IMG/VR virus record: IMGVR_UViG_3300031825_000041
Location: 1-39,909 of that record
Length of the DNA stretch: 39,909 nt
DNA from: a virus
Reading direction: 5' to 3' (one strand)
Shown: piece after piece, positions 7,495-16,073 of the stretch
Position numbering within the stretch: position 1 is the first letter of the stretch
How the letters are laid out: every line of letters begins with the position of its first letter
The notes under the pieces: generated by a model
What the model was told of the DNA's origin: nothing
What the model saw: the letters and a program-made list of their open reading frames with translations, nothing else
Databases searched by the model: none
Made by a program: the position numbers and the translations under genes

Positions 7495-9309
7495 CTAAGC
7501 TCCTATTACTGGCTGTTGTTCTGATTGTTGACCCATCTGTTGCATTTGGTTAGGCATAGGCGGTGTCTGATTGACATTCCCTGTCATCTGCATAAGAGCT
7601 TGTTGAAATTGATTATTTGTTGCGGCAAGCGTGTTATCTGCTTTTTCTCCATCAGTCATTTCAACTAAGATCTTGTCCCAATCCTGAATACCCCCGCCTG
7701 AAATAAGACGCTTAAAGAGCTCACCAAACTTAAACTCATACCCATCGGCTTTTAACTGCTCAACTAAAAGATTTCCCTGTGGGGTTTGTGATTTTTGATA
7801 AAGGTCAAGAAGTGTCGCGAGGTTTTGCTGCTGTTGGTTTTGATCTGCCGCATAAGTTGAGCCTGAAACTATTTCATAGTCATAAAGTGTTGAGCCTGTT
7901 TGTTTTTTATCAATCGTTAACTTTCCTGTTTTGTCATCATACATTTGTTTAATCTCCGGATAACTTCTTTCAAGAGTTTTAATTTCTTCATCAAAAAGAC
8001 GCATGGTAATTGCTGAAGATTGTTTCTTTGAGATAAGATTTGCAAACTTCTTCATTACTGAAGATAAGAATTGCTCCATGTAAAATCTATCTGCGTTATC
8101 TCTAGTATTTTCCCGTTGTGCCTGAAGCTTAATTGCATCTGGAGTCTTACCAAGTCCTGGATCTGTTTGAGAGGTAACTGTTGTATCAGTAGTTCCAAAC
8201 ATATTGAGAATTGCAGCTGTTCCTACTTGATAAACATTGTTAAAGGTTGAAATCCCTTGTGGGGTTAATTGAAGTGGCATTGCCGCATTTCCTATCTGAT
8301 TACGAACCAGCCACTTAGCAGCAGCGTTCATTTGGATAGAGCTCATTGAAGCGATATTGTCTTTATTGATCAGTACAGGCGGGAAGATAGACATCTTCAC
8401 CGCATCTAAATAAAGATTCCATGCTGAGTTAATTGTCATCTGCATAGTTTTACCTCTCTCAAAATCTCCCATACCCATGAAGTCGTCTAAAAGAGGGATC
8501 GAATATTTACATTTCACCGGAAGATCATCGTCATCGTGTGGGTTCTTCTGATCTCTAAATTCCATATCCGCATCAACGGCATAATCGACCCATCTGTCAC
8601 GTTCAAACTGTGTTAGAACTTCATAATATCCTGTCCCTTTAGCAGGATCTTGTTGTGGATATTGATTTTGGTCTCTTTGAGAAGTTGCTTGCGGATCTCG
8701 TGCCTGTTTTGAGCCTGTTTTTTGTTTTAATTTCTCAATAATTAAAGGTACGTTTTTAAACCCATTCTGCTTTTTAAGCCCCTCAAAATATGATAAGGGT
8801 TTCCATGTACGGATAATTACGTAATCTGAGTCATCAAGTGATACTGCACCGACTTGAGGAAAGACATCGCGGATATTAAGTAGCCACATATCGGGCCCTA
8901 CATAGCCATTGTTGCGTACATTCCAGTCAATAAGTGTAAAAAAGTTGCCATAGATATTTGAATAAAGATCTACCATCCGGCACTTAGTTAAGAAATCAAA
9001 CTGTGAATTAGCATTAGGAATGACATACTTATCAAGAATGAGGTTCATTAGCATTGAACAACCAATGTCATTTTTAGAAATAGGTTTGACTTTTCCTGTT
9101 TGGAGCTGTGCCATAACCCTATAAGAGCGTTCTAGAGTAAGTGTTGAAAGTTTAGGATCAAAGACTTGAGATTTTGTTTTAGCGGAAATGTTATCGTTTG
9201 TCTGATTATGGAAGAGTTGTTCAGAGGCATCCCACCCCAAGCGTTTTTGCTTGAGATAATCCTCTGCTGATTGTTTTCTTGTTTTAACTTGATCGGTAAG
9301 TGCGCTCAT
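7495..9309 (-). CDS. Portal protein
   Basis: 604 aa, first large gene after terL and upstream of scaffold and capsid. Q-rich C-terminal tail. The call rests on position and size. Confidence 0.75.
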   Translation of the reverse strand: MSALTDQVKTRKQSAEDYLKQKRLGWDASEQLFHNQTNDNISAKTKSQVFDPKLSTLTLERSYRVMAQLQTGKVKPISKNDIGCSMLMNLILDKYVIPNANSQFDFLTKCRMVDLYSNIYGNFFTLIDWNVRNNGYVGPDMWLLNIRDVFPQVGAVSLDDSDYVIIRTWKPLSYFEGLKKQNGFKNVPLIIEKLKQKTGSKQARDPQATSQRDQNQYPQQDPAKGTGYYEVLTQFERDRWVDYAVDADMEFRDQKNPHDDDDLPVKCKYSIPLLDDFMGMGDFERGKTMQMTINSAWNLYLDAVKMSIFPPVLINKDNIASMSSIQMNAAAKWLVRNQIGNAAMPLQLTPQGISTFNNVYQVGTAAILNMFGTTDTTVTSQTDPGLGKTPDAIKLQAQRENTRDNADRFYMEQFLSSVMKKFANLISKKQSSAITMRLFDEEIKTLERSYPEIKQMYDDKTGKLTIDKKQTGSTLYDYEIVSGSTYAADQNQQQQNLATLLDLYQKSQTPQGNLLVEQLKADGYEFKFGELFKRLISGGGIQDWDKILVEMTDGEKADNTLAATNNQFQQALMQMTGNVNQTPPMPNQMQQMGQQSEQQPVIGA

Positions 9310-9349
9310 AGGATAAGTCCTGTATTTCCTATCCTAAAAGCCCTAAATA
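9310..9349 (-). promoter_or_regulatory. Conserved leader (shared with 28725-28765) ending at the portal ATG
   Basis: 41 of 51 positions are identical in an ungapped hand alignment with the leader of gene 28056-28724. Hairpin AGGATA/TATCCT here versus AGGTTA/TAACCT there (a compensatory change). Confidence 0.6.
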
Positions 9350-9380
9350 CCAAAAAAGCACCACGCCTATTGGCTGGTGC
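9350..9380 (-). terminator. Intrinsic terminator (cassette a)
   Basis: Minus strand GCACCAGCC-AATA-GGCGTGGTGC followed by TTTTTTGG. Same bulged-G architecture as 2209-2240. Confidence 0.75.
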
Positions 9381-9413
9381 CGTAATCCGCATTAGATCGG
9401 TATTAGCAAACTC

Positions 9414-9442
9414 TTTATACCACTGCTATTCCTCTTTGTCAA
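9414..9442 (-). promoter_or_regulatory. Sigma70-type promoter TTGACA-17-TATAAA (cassette a)
   Basis: Minus strand TTGACA (9442-9437, inside the last codons of 9426-9626), 17-bp spacer, TATAAA (9419-9414), then TTTGCTAATACCG. Confidence 0.6.
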
Positions 9443-9626
9443 GTTTTGTTTCTAATTGGTACTTTCTCCGTCTATTCTTTACGATATTAAGAGTTTCAAT
9501 AATAGCTACTCCATCCTTAATCTCTACGTTAATAGTTATTTGTCCAAAAGGCGTCAATCTAACCTCATTTTCTACAATCATGTGAAGTATAGGGTTCTTC
9601 TTGAGCAGTTGATTTAATTCATCCAT
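9426..9626 (-). CDS. Hypothetical protein, 66 aa
   Basis: ORF track; overlapping chain of small ORFs after terL. Confidence 0.6.
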   Translation of the reverse strand: MDELNQLLKKNPILHMIVENEVRLTPFGQITINVEIKDGVAIIETLNIVKNRRRKYQLETKLDKEE

Positions 9627-9834
9627 GTTTGATTATAACTTCTTGAATTTCTATCGTTTTTAACTTTAAATAATCTGCTGCTGTTTTGTACTCCATGACT
9701 ACCGTGTCAGCGATATTACCGTTATTAACTCTTAAAACTACAGTAAAAAGTCCATTCTTTTTTAACTCAATCTCTTTCTCTATATCCACATGAGCCTGCT
9801 TGTTGTGTTGACGTATATTAAGTTGATAGTTCAT
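9619..9834 (-). CDS. Hypothetical protein, 71 aa
   Basis: ORF track; overlaps both neighbours. Confidence 0.6.
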   Translation of the reverse strand: MNYQLNIRQHNKQAHVDIEKEIELKKNGLFTVVLRVNNGNIADTVVMEYKTAADYLKLKTIEIQEVIIKHG

Positions 9835-10022
9835 TTATTATGATTTTCTATATGATCGTTTGGATCTTCTGTCTTTTTAATTTCAGACCTAGATTTTTTA
9901 CACCAAGCACAAAGGATTTTATCGTCTGAAGGTATTTCTTTGCTAAAACCAGCAGGATAAGAAATCCAAGCATAACTTGCCCTATAAGCAATTCCCTCTT
10001 CTCCTTTGTATTCTGTCATCAA
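9831..10022 (-). CDS. Hypothetical protein, 63 aa
   Basis: ORF track; start overlaps the terL stop. Confidence 0.6.
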   Translation of the reverse strand: MMTEYKGEEGIAYRASYAWISYPAGFSKEIPSDDKILCAWCKKSRSEIKKTEDPNDHIENHNK

Positions 10023-11311
10023 TAAAACCCTCCTTGAAACTTATTCGTATCATCTGGTAGATCGTCTTCATCATTTCTATCTGGTCGCATACTGTCAAAG
10101 GCGTAACGCACCGCATCCATACAATGATCCCAACCCTCAGCAGGAATGTTTAAAGGATTGCCTGTATCTTTATCAATCTTCCAAGCATAGTTCTCGTACT
10201 CTTTAATTAAGTTCGCGCTTCGCTTTGTAACACTGATTTTCTTGTCTTGAACATACTGTATGCCTTGACTAACACTACCTTGACCTTTCTGTGAGGGTAA
10301 GATGTTTACACCGTAGAGCCGTATCTCATCTATTGATTTAGGCTCTGCTGAATCTGCTATTACTAATGTTTGCGGTATCGAGAGAGCGAGAATAACATCA
10401 CTAAGTTGCTTATTAGACATTTCTTTCTTCCATAATTGTTCATCAAGAATATAGCCTCCGTTGTAGTAATAAATATCAACAATGGCCGAAGGATCATTAC
10501 TGTAGCCAAAATCAAGACCACGCCTCTCAAGTCTAGCTTCATGAGGAATTGAATCTATAAATACCCAGTTATTGTAGATCTTACCCACCACAGTCTCAGG
10601 AACTAAGCCTTTAACCATGTTCCAATAATGAGTAGGTTTTGTATTTCTATAGCTCTCGTATAGTGTTACGCTTGCAGGAGCAGTATTGATTATGTTGTCT
10701 GTGTAGTCCGATTTAATAAGAACCGTATCTTGTGTACCATCTTTTAATTCAAAATCATAGAATCCTTCCTGCTCGCTGGGTAAAAGCTTCATCCATCGTT
10801 TAATGATCCAATGGTTCTTTGCCGGAGGGTTGAGAAGTAAAATAATCTTAATATCTCCTTTAACTGTACGCAAAGAGTCATCTAATTGCATGAAATCATC
10901 CTCAGTAACCTCATCAGCTTCTTCAATAATCACACAATTGTAACTTGCTAATGATTTTAACTTTGCTTTCTGCTCTCCCGATGATTTCTTAAACCCTACT
11001 GCATTAATAGAATTAGCTCCATATTCAATCTTCATCAAACTATCATTGACATCAAGTTGATCTAGAACTTCATTCTCTTCTGCTCGGTCTGTAATCTCAC
11101 GATATATTGAGTTTCGTATGTCTCCTAAGATATAACGCATAATTGCACACCTGAAGTATTCAGCGGCCATGAGTCTTGCATTAGCATATTGTGAAGCTAC
11201 GGTTGACCTACCACCGCCACGACCACCCATCAATATGACGTATCTAGCTTTATTATCAAATAGAGGTTTATAAACCTCATTAACTTTCTGATTCATCTTT
11301 GAAATTAACAA
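10019..11311 (-). CDS. terL: Terminase large subunit
   Basis: Walker A-like MGGRGGGRST, Walker B-like VIIEEADE, and C-terminal nuclease motif GWDHCMDAVRYA; 430 aa. Confidence 0.9.
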   Translation of the reverse strand: MLISKMNQKVNEVYKPLFDNKARYVILMGGRGGGRSTVASQYANARLMAAEYFRCAIMRYILGDIRNSIYREITDRAEENEVLDQLDVNDSLMKIEYGANSINAVGFKKSSGEQKAKLKSLASYNCVIIEEADEVTEDDFMQLDDSLRTVKGDIKIILLLNPPAKNHWIIKRWMKLLPSEQEGFYDFELKDGTQDTVLIKSDYTDNIINTAPASVTLYESYRNTKPTHYWNMVKGLVPETVVGKIYNNWVFIDSIPHEARLERRGLDFGYSNDPSAIVDIYYYNGGYILDEQLWKKEMSNKQLSDVILALSIPQTLVIADSAEPKSIDEIRLYGVNILPSQKGQGSVSQGIQYVQDKKISVTKRSANLIKEYENYAWKIDKDTGNPLNIPAEGWDHCMDAVRYAFDSMRPDRNDEDDLPDDTNKFQGGFY

Positions 11312-11663
11312 AGGTTATTATGTTCCCTTTGTCTCCACCTACATTAACTTGTTGCATGAATTGAGGCTTCTCTCTATATCCCTCGTGGTTATTTTTAAGC
11401 CAAAAGATTAACTCTGCTGTTGAGCCGCTAGCTGCTTTATTGATTAACACACCCTCCATATCATCACAAAGAACTAGCTTAGCCTCTTTGATTGCAGTAC
11501 GAAACTGCTCATCTGCTTCAAGCCAATTGTAATAGGTTTGTCGGTTAATACCAACGGCTTGACAAGTCAAGCTAATGTTACCTCTTACCTCATCACTTGA
11601 ATAAAATTCAACGAACTTAGTTTTTTTTATATTGTCGAATTTGTCTATCTGTTTCTCTAGCAT
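11280..11663 (-). CDS. terS: Terminase small subunit (HTH type)
   Basis: 127 aa directly upstream of and overlapping terL. Contains an HTH segment ISLTCQAVGINRQTYYNWLE. Confidence 0.7.
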   Translation of the reverse strand: MLEKQIDKFDNIKKTKFVEFYSSDEVRGNISLTCQAVGINRQTYYNWLEADEQFRTAIKEAKLVLCDDMEGVLINKAASGSTAELIFWLKNNHEGYREKPQFMQQVNVGGDKGNIITFVNFKDESES

Positions 11664-11743
11664 ACCTTACATGTTTCCGGATCACTTGATCCGTGTATAC
11701 ATTTATTATTCATTGCAAACACACGATTTAAGTTAGTATTCAT
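11657..11743 (-). CDS. Small ORF, 28 aa, translationally coupled to terS (not in ORF track)
   Basis: GGAGGTATT precedes the ATG. Translation MNTNLNRVFAMNNKCIHGSSDPETCKVC. The stop TAG overlaps the terS ATG (ATGCTAG). Confidence 0.45.
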   Translation of the reverse strand: MNTNLNRVFAMNNKCIHGSSDPETCKVC

Positions 11744-11820
11744 AATACCTCCATCAACCTCTTATATATAATCTCTCTAGATCAGTCATAGGTATTTTTT
11801 CATCTCACTCTTCATCACTG

Positions 11821-11839
11821 ATCCCGATTTGATCGGGAC
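11821..11839. promoter_or_regulatory. Palindrome TCCCGAT-nnn-ATCGGGA (copy 1 of 2)
   Basis: atcccgatttgatcgggac; the same 7+7 palindrome recurs at 17557-17573. Confidence 0.5.
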
Positions 11840-11847
11840 TGATAGAC

Positions 11848-12078
11848 TCAAAACTTCATCGGAAAATAATCCATTAACCTTGGTTTAGGTAATCTATTAA
11901 ACTTACTCCAATTATCAAGAATTATCTGGCGTTGTTCTTCAAATGTTGGTTTTGCCCAAAACTTCCACCAAGGAATTGATCGCCATTCTTTAATTAATGT
12001 TTCGTTATGTTTAGAAACCAACTCTTTCGCTTTATTCCACTTTTTTAAATGTTGTTCGTATGTCATATCGTTTTTCAC
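11848..12078 (-). CDS. Hypothetical protein, 76 aa
   Basis: ORF track. Confidence 0.6.
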   Translation of the reverse strand: MKNDMTYEQHLKKWNKAKELVSKHNETLIKEWRSIPWWKFWAKPTFEEQRQIILDNWSKFNRLPKPRLMDYFPMKF

Positions 12079-12093
12079 TCCTTTATAGGGGAG

Positions 12094-12312
12094 CTAGACC
12101 CCACTATAAAACACTTGCATATCAAAATAGCTTCTACCCCAAGTAGTGCTATGATGTTTAGCTCCGCATCTTCTACAATCATTTGGTATCTCTGAAGGTC
12201 GTTCTATGCCTGCAATAAGTCCAAACAAACATTTTCCACACTTGAAGATATAATCAGTTTTTGCCTGACATATATAATATAATCCATCTTTTTCAACAAT
12301 TACTCTTTTCAT
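12094..12312 (-). CDS. Small Zn-ribbon-like protein, 72 aa
   Basis: Cys pairs CGKC ... CRRCG. Confidence 0.6.
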   Translation of the reverse strand: MKRVIVEKDGLYYICQAKTDYIFKCGKCLFGLIAGIERPSEIPNDCRRCGAKHHSTTWGRSYFDMQVFYSGV

Positions 12313-12491
12313 TTTTCCACCTCTTTCTTAGAGAGCCAAACTAAATCAATTAATTCGTTTATTTTCTGAGCTAATATAAGAATTGCTATTGTATGAGCAT
12401 CAGTATTATTAGGATCCATATCTTTATGAAGTTTCTCATGCCATTGTGTATATCCTTTTTTGTCCTTAGTTAATTTTATTTTTTTAATCAT
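12309..12491 (-). CDS. Hypothetical protein, 60 aa
   Basis: ORF track; the stop overlaps the next start. Confidence 0.55.
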   Translation of the reverse strand: MIKKIKLTKDKKGYTQWHEKLHKDMDPNNTDAHTIAILILAQKINELIDLVWLSKKEVEK

Positions 12492-12593
12492 ATCTCCCTT
12501 TCTGGTGAGTCTGATAAGTGACTCTTAGGGTACAACTTTGGAAAGCTTTCGGGTCATAGAGAAAGATCTCTGCGGCTCGTGTACCCCTAAAAA

Positions 12594-12719
12594 TCAACCA
12601 AGCCATCTTACTTGATATTTACCGCATTTCTCACAATACCTATCCTGAAGACCATTGCCTTCACTATTATTCCTAGGCTTACTCCATTTACCCCATTTAT
12701 GAAAAATCCAAATACACAT
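12594..12719 (-). CDS. Small Zn-ribbon-like ORF, 41 aa (not in ORF track)
   Basis: Manual translation: MCIWIFHKWGKWSKPRNNSEGNGLQDRYCEKCGKYQVRWLG. The C..H ... CxxC pattern is common in small phage proteins. Confidence 0.45.
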   Translation of the reverse strand: MCIWIFHKWGKWSKPRNNSEGNGLQDRYCEKCGKYQVRWLG

Positions 12720-12736
12720 ATATTTATTCAATCCTC

Positions 12737-13165
12737 TCACTCATTTACTGGCATTATTATTTTGCCATCATAAATATCTGCTGCCATCTTGCAAGTTTTA
12801 CAATTCATACACCTACAACATGCATACCCCATTTCATTTAATTTATTAGCTATTTTTCTAATTTCTTCTTGTCTATTTTCCATTTTCCCCTCCTTCCCAA
12901 ACAATTTTTGACGCATTTCTTGACGTAAAGAGTTTCTATGATAGTCTTTGGGAGTGTGATCTTTATAACTAAGTTCTTCTGAAACAATAAACGTGCTCGG
13001 TTTATCGTCTTCTCCTATCACCTCATCATCAATGAGCTTAATAATCTCACTAATTAAAACTTCTATATCTTTTTCTGTAAGAGTACACTCTCCATAGTAT
13101 TCATTACCAGTATCTATCTTGTAACTAATTAATATTTCTTTTAATTTATCTTCAAATTTACTCAT
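12737..13165 (-). CDS. Hypothetical protein with Cys-rich C-terminus, 142 aa
   Basis: ORF track; C-terminal CCRCMNCKTCK. Confidence 0.65.
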   Translation of the reverse strand: MSKFEDKLKEILISYKIDTGNEYYGECTLTEKDIEVLISEIIKLIDDEVIGEDDKPSTFIVSEELSYKDHTPKDYHRNSLRQEMRQKLFGKEGKMENRQEEIRKIANKLNEMGYACCRCMNCKTCKMAADIYDGKIIMPVNE

Positions 13166-13220
13166 CTATCCTCCTCTAGGCCATATTTTGAAAGATACTC
13201 AGATAACCAAATTGGAAAAG

Positions 13221-13565
13221 TTAATAATACTTGAGCTTGTTTTGTTTCTTCCCCTTTTTTGTATAGATCTTCAACTTCCTGTCTCCATTTAATAAAAAGC
13301 TCTGGGATCTTCTCCGCACTCCCTTTCTCGCCTCATCATATCCTCTTTGATAGGCTTCACGAACTGCTTGGCCCCTCTTTACATACTGTATTATCTCTTC
13401 AGATATTTCAGGCATCTTTGGATGCTCAACAGGGTGATTATATTGATCAAGTTGCTTTGGTTGGTCACCATGGACTGAACAATCTTTGTTAGTAAACCAA
13501 TCTACTCCCTCAACTGCGAAAGGGCCTTCTTTTCTACAAATACACTGTTTATTCTTCATGGTCAT
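13221..13565 (-). CDS. Hypothetical protein, 114 aa
   Basis: ORF track; basic C-terminus. Confidence 0.6.
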   Translation of the reverse strand: MTMKNKQCICRKEGPFAVEGVDWFTNKDCSVHGDQPKQLDQYNHPVEHPKMPEISEEIIQYVKRGQAVREAYQRGYDEARKGVRRRSQSFLLNGDRKLKIYTKKGKKQNKLKYY

Positions 13566-13887
13566 ATTGTCCTTTCAAGAGTTCTTTTAAAAACTTTAAT
13601 AATTTACTTGCTGCCATAGGATGAAACAAGTTACTTTGCATCATCGTTTCCCATACGTCAATTTCAGTTTTTATTCTTTTTTGTTCGTCTTCTTTAGCCT
13701 CCCTCTCTACCTCTTGGAGAGCATCGAGAAGGAATTGCTCGATGTCATCAATCTGACAATTACATTTCCCATCTTGGTTATTTAACAAACTTTCGCATGG
13801 TAGGTGAGTAATAACAGATTCTTCATGATAAAATTTCCTTTTAAAGGACTCCACTATCTTCTTATGTGATTGGGATGAGTTAGGCAC
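13549..13887 (-). CDS. Hypothetical protein, 112 aa (GTG start)
   Basis: ORF track; GTG at 13887-13885. Confidence 0.6.
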   Translation of the reverse strand: MPNSSQSHKKIVESFKRKFYHEESVITHLPCESLLNNQDGKCNCQIDDIEQFLLDALQEVEREAKEDEQKRIKTEIDVWETMMQSNLFHPMAASKLLKFLKELLKGQYDHEE

Positions 13888-14145
13888 GCTTCTCCTTTCT
13901 TTTCTTCCAAAACTCTTTTATGCTTATACTTATTTTCTGTTTAACTAAATCAGGTTGTTTGCCACCAAGTTTAGTTGGTAATTCTCCATACTTTCGTTTC
14001 TTCCCGCAATATGGACAAAACTTCCAATCATCTTCCCGCAATATGGACAAAACTTCCAATCATCTTCTAAATATGCCTCACACCAATAACAGTAAGCTTT
14101 ATGAGCCTTCTTGTATTTTTGTTCAAATGTTTCTATTTCTTTCAT
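13880..14145 (-). pseudogene. Zn-ribbon gene frameshifted by a 32-bp tandem duplication
   Basis: The current ORF 13945-14145 ends prematurely. Deleting one 32-bp copy gives a 234-nt ORF: ...EDDWKFCPYCGKKRKYGELPTKLGGKQPDLVKQKISISIKEFWKKRKEKRA. Its TAA (13882-13880) overlaps the GTG of the next gene. Confidence 0.6.
13999..14067. repeat. Perfect 32-bp tandem duplication (about 2.1 copies)
   Basis: ttcccgcaatatggacaaaacttccaatcatc occurs at 14001-14032 and again at 14033-14064, with tc/ttc microhomology at the edges. Confidence 0.95.
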
Positions 14146-14153
14146 ACGCTATT

Positions 14154-14387
14154 CTAATGGTTAGATTTCACAGGTAATGGTGGTTTTGGACAATCTCCGC
14201 TATATCCATGAAATTTAAACACCTCTTCTCCCTCTGGCATGGGCTCTCCACAAAGCTCACAGAATGCTTGGGACTGGTTTAGACAGTCTTTGCAACCTTT
14301 TTCTCTTATCTCGACAGGTTTATCTTTCGCTGGACAGCGACATTGAGAGATTATATTTCCACATGAACATTTAATTATTTTGTGCAT
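14154..14387 (-). CDS. Cys-rich small protein, 77 aa
   Basis: Multiple CxxC-type pairs (CSCG, CRCP, CKDC, CELCG). Confidence 0.65.
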   Translation of the reverse strand: MHKIIKCSCGNIISQCRCPAKDKPVEIREKGCKDCLNQSQAFCELCGEPMPEGEEVFKFHGYSGDCPKPPLPVKSNH

Positions 14388-14389
14388 AT

Positions 14390-14542
14390 TTAGTGATACC
14401 TAGTAAAATCAAGGTCTTTACCAATTACAATAAAGAATCCCCATCGAAAACCCCGTCTATAATGCCTGCCTACACTTGGAAAGAACCTGATAATTAACTT
14501 ATTGTCTTTAATTTTTATATAAAACTTTTTATTCTTTTTCAT
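14390..14542 (-). CDS. Small basic ORF, 50 aa (not in ORF track)
   Basis: Manual translation: MKKNKKFYIKIKDNKLIIRFFPSVGRHYRRGFRWGFFIVIGKDLDFTRYH. GGGAGGGAATAGCGT lies upstream of the ATG. Confidence 0.5.
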   Translation of the reverse strand: MKKNKKFYIKIKDNKLIIRFFPSVGRHYRRGFRWGFFIVIGKDLDFTRYH

Positions 14543-14571
14543 ACGCTATTCCCTCCCTTTAGATGGGGGAG

Positions 14572-15018
14572 TCACAGTAGTCTTTCTCTTTTTAACCATG
14601 CTATACACTCACAGCTAAGAACATAATTATAATTCTCATATTCTGTTTGAAATCTCATTCTTTTATTGCCGATTTTTGCTTTTAACTCATAAACAGTTCT
14701 ATAATTACCCCGTAAGTTATTACTCATCAATTCTGTTTCAGTAAACCTAAATGCCTTACCTGTTGCTTCATTCTTTGCCTTAAATTTAGGTTTAAGAGTA
14801 ATTGCATCCAACCAAGCAGTTTTAGGCAAACTATCAGTAAATTTGTACCAAGCATATCTGTCCATTCCTCCACGAAAACCAATTATTGAAAATTCAAGAC
14901 CAACTCCTTTATTTTTTAAAAAATCCATTATTTCTTTTGCACTATATCCCCAAAGCTTATTTAGCACTTCATAAGAATCAAAAACCTCTCCTAATATTTT
15001 TTTAACTTGTTTTTTCAT
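14572..15018 (-). CDS. Hypothetical protein, 148 aa
   Basis: ORF track. Confidence 0.65.
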   Translation of the reverse strand: MKKQVKKILGEVFDSYEVLNKLWGYSAKEIMDFLKNKGVGLEFSIIGFRGGMDRYAWYKFTDSLPKTAWLDAITLKPKFKAKNEATGKAFRFTETELMSNNLRGNYRTVYELKAKIGNKRMRFQTEYENYNYVLSCECIAWLKRERLL

Positions 15019-15035
15019 AATTTCCCCCTTACCCT

Positions 15036-15302
15036 CTATTCCTGAGAGTCCTCCTTAATTTTATTTACACAAGTAGCACAAAACTCCATAGCTCCCTTTT
15101 TTGGCTGAATCTTCTCCCAAGTAAAGGTAAATCCATTATCAGGCCATAAATACCTTACTTGCATATTACAAAGAGATTTAGAACCAATTTCAGGATTGAT
15201 AGTAAAATGTCTTTTACCTTGTCTATTATTTTCACCTTCTACAGGTTGTGAAGGATGAGTAACTAGGCATACTATGTATTTTTTATATTTTAAATATTTC
15301 AT
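15036..15302 (-). CDS. Hypothetical Cys-containing protein, 88 aa
   Basis: ORF track. Confidence 0.6.
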   Translation of the reverse strand: MKYLKYKKYIVCLVTHPSQPVEGENNRQGKRHFTINPEIGSKSLCNMQVRYLWPDNGFTFTWEKIQPKKGAMEFCATCVNKIKEDSQE

Positions 15303-15377
15303 AATCTCCCCCTTGGTGTATTAGGTGTTAAGCCTCACGATAATCTACTATCCCAAGTTAGTACTTGGGGCAAAAGA

Positions 15378-15563
15378 CTAATAATCTTCTTCTTTAAAGA
15401 AATATCTCCAAATCAAATATCCTATTACAACTAAGATAAGAGGAAATTTATATTTTTTTATAATATCTATTCCCCCATCAATTCCTTTTGAAAGAATATT
15501 TGATGCGTCTGATACTACATCTTTTAACTGCTTATCCATAACTTTTTTAATTTGTTTTTTCAT
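15378..15563 (-). CDS. Small membrane protein, 61 aa
   Basis: C-terminal TM segment FPLILVVIGYLIWRYFF. Confidence 0.6.
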   Translation of the reverse strand: MKKQIKKVMDKQLKDVVSDASNILSKGIDGGIDIIKKYKFPLILVVIGYLIWRYFFKEEDY

Positions 15564-15985
15564 TTTATTAAAAGATTAACTATAAAACCAATTATTTGAT
15601 CTATATTGTTCACAAACCTCCAAAACAAAACAACTATTCCTAAATAAATTGCATATCTAAAAATTCTTGGCATACGTTTCATCTTTTTAACCTTCACCTC
15701 CTCTCTAGTTTTTTCATTATTTCTTTTTAATAACTTATATTTCTTATCAACTCTTTCTTCATCTTTATCTTCAAGAACTACAAGAGATAAATCTATTCCA
15801 TTAACAAATTCATAAAGATATTTATTGCATTTATAACAATAATAAATTAATCCACCTGAAAACAGACCCCCTACATGTTCTAAACAATTACTCTTATCAT
15901 GCCAATGAAATGAAAAATTGTTCATAGCAAGAAATATAAAACCCAAAATTAAAACTGTAATTATAAATGCAATGATTAAAATCAT
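15560..15985 (-). CDS. Membrane protein, 141 aa
   Basis: N- and C-terminal hydrophobic helices with a central CxxC pair. Confidence 0.6.
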   Translation of the reverse strand: MILIIAFIITVLILGFIFLAMNNFSFHWHDKSNCLEHVGGLFSGGLIYYCYKCNKYLYEFVNGIDLSLVVLEDKDEERVDKKYKLLKRNNEKTREEVKVKKMKRMPRIFRYAIYLGIVVLFWRFVNNIDQIIGFIVNLLIK

Positions 15986-15992
15986 AATCCTT

Positions 15993-16073
15993 TCATCCTC
16001 TCCCTTGTCCTAATAAATAAATTACATATAAAGTTGCTACTACTCCCCAGATAAAAGAAATAAAATTATTCAT
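15993..16073 (-). CDS. Small hydrophobic peptide, 26 aa (not in ORF track)
   Basis: ATGA overlap with the stop of 16070-16462; translation MNNFISFIWGVVATLYVIYLLGQGRG. Confidence 0.4.
   Translation of the reverse strand: MNNFISFIWGVVATLYVIYLLGQGRG

Noticed and set aside
13999-14067. A CRISPR mini-array or ToxI-like repeat RNA was considered.
   Set aside because: There are only two directly abutting copies with no spacer, and they lie inside a coding frame. A simple tandem duplication explains the sequence.
14141-14154. A 14-nt identity, ttcatacgctattc, surrounds two start codons (14141-14154 and 14538-14551).
   Set aside because: A match of this length is about what chance predicts for all-against-all comparison in an AT-rich 40-kb genome. 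There is no further flanking similarity.
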